A stretch of 64,000 bases of DNA from an uncultured Planctomycetaceae bacterium (lineage in GTDB: Bacteria; Planctomycetota; Planctomycetia; Pirellulales; PALSA-1355): positions 736,001 through 800,000 of the forward strand of contig CAWAUV010000007.1 in the NCBI GenBank assembly GCA_963785305.1. The letters are read 5' to 3'. This document shows, one piece after another, positions 56,901-64,000 of this stretch; positions within the stretch are counted from its first letter, which is position 1, and each line of letters opens with the position of its first letter. Both the position numbers and the translations under genes were made by a program. The notes beneath the pieces are model-generated. The model worked only from the letters and a program-made list of their open reading frames with translations. It made no database searches and had not been told where the DNA came from.

Positions 56901-59900
56901 GACGTCGGGCTTGGGCGGCGCGCTCCAAGACAAGCTCTATGCCGTGTCGCAGGCCGCCGCCGCCGCGACGATGACCGAAAACATCGCCGGCGAGGACGAG
57001 ACGCGGGTCGAATCCTATTATTCGGCGGCCCGGACGCAGCTCTCGGCCACCGTCGGCGCGACTTATACGTACGACGAGGCGGTGGCCGGCGCCGACGCCG
57101 GGCTCGAGCGCCTCGCAGGCCCAGAGCAGCCAGACGCTCGAAGACGCCCAGGCGAGTAATTTTTTCACTTATCAGTCCGCCGGTTATTCCCAAGACGCTT
57201 GGAACGCCCTGAACACTTCCGACACCCAGGCCGCCACGGCCGCCAATGAAACCATCGCCGCCGCGATCGTGGCCTGCGCCTCCGCGATCAGCACGGCCCA
57301 AGTCGCCGAAGCCGGCACGCTTCAGTCGTCGGGCGACACTCAGGCCGGCGGCGCCGAGCGGGCGGATTCGATCTTCGCCGTCGCCATGGCGGGCGAAGTC
57401 AAGACCTTCGAATCCGCGCTGGCCACCGCCGCCTACAACCAAGACCTGGCCCTGGCCTCCGACGACAAGGCCGACGCCGACGCCTACGCCAGCGCCGGCT
57501 ATACGCAAATCATGGGCGACCCGACCTCGCCGACCGATCCCACGATGGGCGACGCCCAAGCCGCGGCCGATTACGAGACCGATTCGACCGCGGCCGAAAA
57601 CGCCTACGCCACCGGTCAGGCTGGCGACTATGTGACCACGCTCACCGAGTGGTCCGCCGGTATTACGGACCCGATGCAGTCGGCCACGGCGGCGTACGCA
57701 TTAGGTTTGGCAAATGACGCACTCGCCGATGCGAATAGCATTGCCACTGCCGCCACGACGTTGGCTAACGCCACGAACACGGCCAATAAGGCTCTTATCT
57801 CCGCGACCGCCGCCGCCGATGAAACATACGCGCTGACCGAGGACACCGACGAGTACGCGGCGGCCACCGCCGGGGCCAGCGCCGCCCTCGCGCAGGCGCT
57901 GTCGATCGCCGACGCTCGTTATATGGAAAACTCCACGGCTCTTGTCGCTGAATCGCCCCGCGCCGAGGCGACTATCGTCGAGCAGAATCTTTATGATTCG
58001 GCGGTGGCGCAAGCGCAAGCCAACTATGCGTATAGCTCCGCCTCGATCTTGAGCGCGGGCGAAAGCGATCCGTCGAGCACGAACTCGGCTCTAGCGACGC
58101 TCAACGCCACACGCATCAATGCGATTGGCGCGGCGGTGGCTATCCAAATATCCGATTTGACAGTGGCCGACTCGACACTGGCCGGAGCCGAGACTGGAGC
58201 GAACGTCACGTTTGCCCAGGCGCAACAGACCGCCGATACCACATTCGACGCGGCCGAAAACAACATCGAAAACGATCCTCAAAATGGCCAAGCGGTGCTC
58301 GACGATGCCGCGCAACTCGCGGATTCCGACGCCGACGCCTTGGCCGTGTTGAATAACACCACCGCGCTCGACGGAGTGGACGCGGCCTATACCCAATCGG
58401 CCGACACCGCGACCGAAGCTCAAACCAGCGCCGACGCCACCGACAATGGCGCCTATCAAGTGGCCGAGGCGAATAGCGCCGCCGCGCAGATGGCCGCGAC
58501 GGCGATTTCGCAAGGCACGCCCTGGTCCACCCTCGCCGCCGAGTATTATCAGGCCAAAGCCAATTGGACGGGCAACACGTCGGCGGCATTCGCCACGGAG
58601 ATGACGAACGATGCCGTGGCCGATCAGACACTCGCGAACAGTTCCGCGAAAGACTATCAATCCGAAGAAGACAACGACGCGTCGGCGCTCTATACGTGGG
58701 CAACCTCGGCCGCCACCGCTCTCAACACGCAAGAAGTAAGCGACTCAGCCGCGTCGGGAGTATATGACGGCTCCGTCGATGCGGCAAACGATGCCCAAGC
58801 GGTAGCGCTGGCCCAGAACGACGCCACGTATCTGACCGCCGACGTACCCGCCGTGGACGATTACGCCTTGGCGAACGTCAGCGCGTATACGGCCTATCAA
58901 GCTTCGCTCGCCGCGGACCAATCCGACTATTCGGGCGTCAGCGAGCAAGACGCATACGAGACCTATCAAAGCGCCCTCCAGTCGAACTGCGCGGCGTTCG
59001 CGACATCCCAAGGCGCCGCGAATGTCGTTTGGGCTACCGGCGCGGCGACGGCGGACGCGAGCGATGCGATCGGCTTGCAGTCGGCCGAGACCGCGCTGAT
59101 CGCTTCGACGGCCAACGACGAGCAGGCATTCAGCGACACGAACGCAACGGCCGAGGACGCCGCCGCCGACGCCGATGCCAGCTACACGGATGCCTACGCA
59201 ATTGAAAGCGACGCATTGCAGGCGACCGACTCCGAAGCCAACGTTTCCAATGCCGACACGTTCGTCGCCGCCCAGCAAAACGACGCGGATGCAACGCTCG
59301 ACGCGCTCGCCGCCAACGCTTCCACCCCGCTCGCAGCCTACCTCGACGCGCAATCGCATGCCACGGACGGCGTTGTCGCCGCCGTCGCGTCGCCCGCCAG
59401 TCAATACGGAACCTGGGCTTCTCAAGACATTACCGCCGAGCAAAACGCGGACGATGCGATCGCGAATTCGAATCTCACCGCCACCGACGCGGTGAACGAC
59501 GACTTGCTGACCGAAGTGCTTGCGGACGACAAGAATCAGGCGGACTTTTCCAAAAACATCGCCGCGGACGAGCTCAACTACGTCAAGGTTCTCGCGCCGT
59601 TGGCCGTGAATTACCAAACCGCCCTGGCGCAATCGGCGAGCGATTTGGATCAAGCCCTCGCGGAAAGCGACGACGACGCCTATAGCGACTACCAGACCGA
59701 TATCGACGACGACCTTGCGACCTACGTCGCCCAGGCGACCACGGCGCTGCAATCCCCGGTGAGTCAGGCCGCTTCGGACAATCAAGCCGCCGTCGACGCG
59801 GCAATCACGAACGTCAGCGCGTTCCAAGTCGCTGCAACCAGTTCGCTCCAGCAGGCGTTGACGACCCAAGGCAACGCCTTGACGTCGGACTTTACCGCGG

Positions 59901-62107
59901 CCGTGACCAATGCCCAAAACACCGTCACCACCGAATCGGCCGCGAACGCCGCAGCATATGCTACCCTGGCGGCAAGCCAACCGTCCGTCTGGTCGCAAAA
60001 CGAATCGAATACCGAGCAAGCGGACAACGCGGCTACCCAATCGACCGCCTTGGTGAATTTTCAGACTCTGCAAACCCAGGTCGGTGCGTTCGCCACCGAC
60101 GCCAGTCAGGGAAGCGCCACGCTTGCAACCGCATTGTCGCAGTACAATACGAACGATCAAAATGCCGAGGCCGCGGGCGCCGCCGCGCGAGACGAGGCGC
60201 TCCCCCAGCATTCCGAAGGATACGAACCTTGGGCGCCCGCAAGCCAGTCGCCGCCCAGCATCGTCTCCATGAACTTCGGATACTTCGGTTATTTAGGCGA
60301 AGACTACGACGTTCCGGCGCGCAGTCGTATAATCTCGGCTCCGCGAATGTCGCGTCCGAAGGCATTTATTTCGGCGGATGGTACGGTGGCTATGGCTACG
60401 GCGTCGGCTGGGGCTATGGCTGGGGCTATGGATACTATGGTTACTACGGCTACGGTTATGGCCAGCCCGACACGGCCACGGCTCATCAGTCGCCGAACAA
60501 TTCGTCGGCGTCGCAAGCGATCGCCGGCGCAAGCGTGTTTATGATCACCACGCCGACCTCGAACGACGCGTCCAACTCGGGCGGCCTCGGCGCTGGAATC
60601 ACGACTTTCGGCGGATATGGCTACAATGGTGGTGGCATCATTCCGGTCCAAACGATCGACGGCTATCGAGACATGCTGTTCGCGCAGACGGGCCCGCAAA
60701 GCTACTTGGTCAATGAACAAACGCAGGCTCCCCCGCCGAACCTTGAAGTCGGCGATTTCCATCTAAGCGCCACCGCGCCGATCAATTCCCCCGACGCGGG
60801 GCAAAATGATTGGAGCGGTTTGCTCGATCGCGCCGCCACCGAAGCGGGGCCGACCGCCAACGTCACGTTGCAAACGGCGAACACCCAAGCCGCCCAGCAG
60901 GAGGATCAAGAGGAAGAGCAGTACGACAACGACTGGGAAGCGGAGGGCGGCGAGATCACGCCTCCGGCGCCAGCACCGCCGAGCGATACCGGCGTCCAGC
61001 CGCAAAATGATGGGCAAGCGGCGGCAGCCGCGGCGGCCGCGCAAAAGGCCAAGACCATCATGGCGGCTCTCGGCAACGACTTGAAGAGCATCGATCCGAT
61101 GGCCGTGGCCAAGCTCCGCGACCAGGGGTTGGCCACGATCCAGTCGTTCAACATGGGCAAGCAAGCCAAGGCCGTCGTCTCGGTCCCGCAGCCCGACGGC
61201 AGCGTCCAGACATTCACGCTCAATCTTGTAGTGCCTTGGTTCACGGCCGCGCACTACGAAGTCGAGTCGGTAACGTCGCAGGCGCCGCAGGCGATCGCGG
61301 CCGAATTGGCCCAAATGGAACGCGATCGGCATCAGTTCGTGATGAACGTGCAGAACGGAATCAGCACGATCGAAGGCGGAATTGTGACGCTGCCTTTCGG
61401 CGGCGGCGCGAGCGTGGTTGCCAAAGCGGCGACGGTCGTCTCGCGAGGGATCGCCGCCACGCATATAATCACGGGTGAGGTAAACGTCCTCAATAACTCA
61501 TCGTACGATACGCCCCTGACGGCGATCGGAACGGAAATAGGGGTGGCGTCCGGCGCAGGATCGCGAAACGGCCAGGAACCGCGCCGCATTCGCCGAGGGC
61601 GCCATAATGTTTCGCGCGGGATTCTTCGGAGGCATCCCCGGCGAGACGGGACCGTACACGCCGAGGTTGCCCAATGAAATGCCGTCGCTCGAGCCGCCCA
61701 GCAGCGCGGCGGGTGGAAGTGGTCGTGGAGTCTGGGCCGAGGCCCCCGCCGTCCGTGGCGAGATTATCGAAAAGCAACTCGGTCAGAATCTCCCCCAAAC
61801 ATTCCCCGTTATCGACAAGTTCGTAGACGGCGTGGCAACAAGCATCAAGAGCATGGACTTGAATGCCGTGACATATGCGGATCCCGCCGCAATCACCCGA
61901 ACCGGCCAAGGTTACATCAATAAAGTTGCTGACTTCACCGGCGGAGCAAGATCTAACTTTGTAATAACTCAGGGCCAGATCACGGGCCGCGCGCTGGAAC
62001 TTGCGGTCCCCGAAGGCGCGACGGCCCCTCAGGAACAAGCCTTGCAAGGCATGATTCGGTACGGAAGATCCAAAGGCGTAACTGTAACAATAGTGGTGGT
62101 GCAATGA
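44988..62107 (+). CDS. Giant polymorphic toxin/adhesin (about 5,600 aa reconstructed); interrupted by a MITE at 48500 and frameshifts near 57105, 60320 and 61558
   Basis: Five consecutive ORFs (44988, 48583, 57269, 60229, 61607) join into a continuous protein: signal RRAVLESLEARQLMHA, Ig-like, cadherin-like and PKD repeats, Ala/Asp-rich helical region, C-terminal nuclease. Confidence 0.85.
45125..47200 (+). repeat. 7 bacterial Ig-like (group 3) repeats
   Basis: Seven (P/A)TG(S/T)VDF...LG...LD..G.A...Y(S/N)G units of about 95 aa. Confidence 0.85.
48500..48684 (-). mobile_element. 185-bp MITE, copy 2, TSD CTCAG
   Basis: CTCAG at 48495-48499 and 48685-48689. By eye it is the exact reverse complement of 42005-42189. 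Removing it restores PTLSYSL in frame. Confidence 0.93.
50440..54960 (+). repeat. 15 PKD-like repeats
   Basis: Fifteen WGDG motifs: 14 at about 285-bp spacing (50536-54234) and one at about 54810. Confidence 0.85.
61699..62107 (+). other. C-terminal toxin domain, CdiA-CT EC869-like PD-(D/E)XK nuclease
   Basis: RGEIIE..LG.NLPQTFPVIDKF..GVATSIKSMD...RALELAVP...YGRSKGVTVTI matches the remembered pattern of the EC869 CdiA-CT DNase family. Confidence 0.8.
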
Positions 62108-62562
62108 AAAGATATGCATGTGTCTATTGCCGTAAGGGCGATCTGTTTTTTCGTTCGTTGTCGCAGACGACGGTGGGAGTCTTAATCGGCAGCGACCTGA
62201 TCTCGGTGCTCAACGAAACGAATTCGTCCGCTGACAAGGGAAATGCGGCGTTGAAGGCGCTTTGCGGCTTTGTTCAAGGCATACCGCACCCGACTTCGTG
62301 GAGAAGTGATGACGATGATCCGCTGCATGCAGCTGCGGGCGTCAGGACATGGGCGACATTTGTTAGAGGTGCCGCGTTCGTCGGCATCGAGCTCGAAAAT
62401 GATACGCTGACGTTCAATCCCAGTTTGAACAAAGGAGCGAAAGATGGCTTCAAGCCACTTTCGGGCAAGAGCGTTCAGTTGCGGGGCGACGCGTCTGCTG
62501 AAGAAATCGGCATGGCCCTGGACCGGGCGTTCTCGCTTTGCGAACCGAAACGCCTGAATTGA
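62104..62562 (+). CDS. CdiI-like immunity protein (EC869/DUF1436-like)
   Basis: ATGA overlap with the toxin stop; GVRTWATFVRGA..V.IE, and C-terminal DASAEEIGMALDRAFSLC. Confidence 0.8.
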   Translation: MKRYACVYCRKGDLFFRSLSQTTVGVLIGSDLISVLNETNSSADKGNAALKALCGFVQGIPHPTSWRSDDDDPLHAAAGVRTWATFVRGAAFVGIELENDTLTFNPSLNKGAKDGFKPLSGKSVQLRGDASAEEIGMALDRAFSLCEPKRLN

Positions 62563-62610
62563 GCCCGTCGCCACTACTCCGCGACTTCGACTCGAACTCC
62601 ACCTGTTATT

Positions 62611-63120
62611 TCGGTCCCGCAGCCCGACGGCAGCGTCCAGACATTCACGCTCAATCTTGTAGTGCCTTGGTTCACGGCCGCGCACTACGAAGTCGAGTCG
62701 GTAACGTCGCAGGCGATCGCGGCCGAATTGGCCCAAATGGAACGCGATCGGCATCAGTTCGTGATGAACGTGCAGAACGGAATCAGCACGATCGAAGGCG
62801 GAATTGTGACGCTGCCTTTCGGCGGCGGCGCGAGCGTGGTTGCCAAAGCGGCGACGGCCGTCTCGCGAGGGATCGCCGCCACGCATATAATCACGGGTGA
62901 AGTAAACGTCCTCAATAACTCATCGTACGATACGCCCCTGACGGCGATCGGAACGGAAATAGGGGTGGCGTCCGGCGCAGGATCGCGAAACGGCCAGGAA
63001 CCGCGCCGCATTCGCCGAGGGCGCCATAATGTTTGGCGCGGGATTCTTCGGAGGCATCCCCGGCGAGACGGGACCGTACACGCCGAGGTTGCCCAATGAA
63101 ATGCCGTCGCTCGAGCCGCC
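62611..63120 (+). repeat. Homology arm: near-identical copy of 61180-61698
   Basis: 510 bp versus 519 bp; by eye it differs by one 9-bp indel and 3 substitutions. Confidence 0.95.
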
Positions 63121-63583
63121 GGCGGACCCCATACCGAGCCGTACGGCGCCCGAATCCATTCCCGAGCCGACTCCGACGGTCAAATACCCGGACTCGAATT
63201 ACAAGGTTCAAACAAATCAAACGCCGGAAGGTACGCAATATGATGTGTACTACGACTCTCCAACAAGCAGAGGGACGCTCCAATCGACGTTCGACTCCGC
63301 CACGGGTAGGCTTACGATGGAGCTAATAGACGTTAAACCGACACAACAAGGTCTTGGAAGCGCGATGGTCGCCAAGCTTTTAACCACGATCCGCGGCACG
63401 GGGGCAACGGTCAACTCGATCGCGGGGAAGATGAGCGCGGACAATAAAGCGACATTATTGGCGGATGGATTGGAGGCGACGCCTGCATACAAGCTTCGGG
63501 TCCAGAACGGATTTCCATTTGTCCAACAGCGTCCAGACGCGGCGAATAACTACTGGTTGATTATGGGAACTACACCGGAATGA
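62611..63583 (+). pseudogene. Orphan toxin cassette with alternative (GNAT-like) C-terminal domain
   Basis: Homology arm lacking the scaffold N-terminus, then after LEPP a distinct tip with IDVKPTQQGLGSAMV and TPAYKLRVQNGF. Confidence 0.8.
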
Positions 63584-63927
63584 GCCCAGCAGAATTCGTC
63601 ACGAAGATGTTATCCGAGGGCAAGTCCGATGTAATTATCGGAATGCTGGAGCAGTTCTACAGCTCTCGGGTGATGACAATGGCTCCGGAGAGCTATCTGT
63701 TCAAAAGATTTGCCGCCGCGTTCGTAATTAGAACAATGAACCAGCTTGCCAGACTCGAAAAAGGGGGAACCGTTTACGACGACCCGCTCCTGACCGTCTG
63801 GGGAGACATGGCTTATTTCGGAATCGAATGGTCGGAGGTTCATCGGTACAACGTCGCGAACGCCGTCCCTGCCGAAAACGAAATCCAAGGCGGGAGCGAT
63901 CCAACGCATGGTACGGATGTCCAATGA
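63580..63927 (+). CDS. Putative immunity protein of the orphan toxin
   Basis: 115 aa with ATGA overlap to the orphan tip stop; same layout as the first pair. Confidence 0.7.
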   Translation: MSPAEFVTKMLSEGKSDVIIGMLEQFYSSRVMTMAPESYLFKRFAAAFVIRTMNQLARLEKGGTVYDDPLLTVWGDMAYFGIEWSEVHRYNVANAVPAENEIQGGSDPTHGTDVQ

Positions 63928-63956
63928 CCTGTGTTTAAACATCCGCGAGGTTCGAG

Positions 63957-64000
63957 CGCCGGTATTACGGACCCGATGCAGTCGGCCACGGCGGCGTACG
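63957..64000 (+). repeat. Start of a second homology arm (copy of 57655-57698), cut by the window edge
   Basis: 44-bp exact match CGCCGGTATTACGGACCCGATGCAGTCGGCCACGGCGGCGTACG. Confidence 0.85.

Noticed and set aside
1986..62107. More than 20 frameshifts suggesting mass pseudogenisation or programmed frameshifting
   Set aside because: They are 1-2 nt indels, mostly in G/C runs or GC dinucleotides. They hit conserved genes (ppx, purU, kinase) without accompanying nonsense decay, which is typical of long-read consensus error. Only the MITE insertions are treated as real.
44988..62107. Canonical CdiA or RHS protein
   Set aside because: No TPS domain, FHA repeats, VENN, YD repeats or DPxG motif, and no cdiB in the window.
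61180..63120. Diversity-generating retroelement TR/VR pair
   Set aside because: No reverse transcriptase in the window, and the few differences are not adenine-specific.
62578..63956. Similar motif TCCGCGA(C/GG)TTCGA before both homology arms (62578, 63942) as a site-specific recombination site
   Set aside because: Short, GC-rich, at different distances from the arms and only two instances; more cassettes are needed to test it.

Overview
GC-rich bacterial DNA, very likely a planctomycete (Pirellulales-like). Two proteins carry the planctomycete 'RRLxxExLExR' export signal, and there is a PEP-CTERM protein, a sulfatase and a prenyltransferase-repeat protein. Many genes are split by 1-2 nt indels; since these hit housekeeping genes too, most are probably long-read consensus errors. 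There are three zones. (1) 1-26.1 kb: core and accessory genes (SdrD/DUF11 adhesin, ppx, hybrid kinase plus response regulator, AI-2E, fliN-like, nadA, purU, sulfatase, and a PEP-CTERM gene flanked by two pseudo-receiver paralogues). (2) About 26.2-43.05 kb: an integrative element starting at a degenerate tRNA-Ser 3' end. It has a large serine recombinase and a co-directional backbone (DUF1257, DUF2997, Ycf46-like AAA, lipoprotein, sigma-like, DUF3150-like, ubiquitin-like, beta-clamp-like, Cas4/AddB-like nuclease) interrupted by opposite-strand cargo, including a dynamin-like GTPase. (3) 43.2-64 kb, the highlight: a divergent glycosyltransferase and a roughly 17 kb gene (about 5,600 aa once repaired). 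It has a planctomycete signal, Ig/cadherin/PKD repeats, an Ala-rich acidic stalk and a C-terminal CdiA-EC869-like nuclease. It is followed by a CdiI-like immunity gene and orphan toxin/immunity cassettes with homology arms, one encoding a GNAT-like tip. This looks like a polymorphic toxin system on a non-CdiA, non-RHS scaffold. An identical 185-bp MITE with 5-bp target duplications disrupts both the element's nuclease and the giant toxin gene. All family assignments are from motif recognition by eye; no database searches were run.
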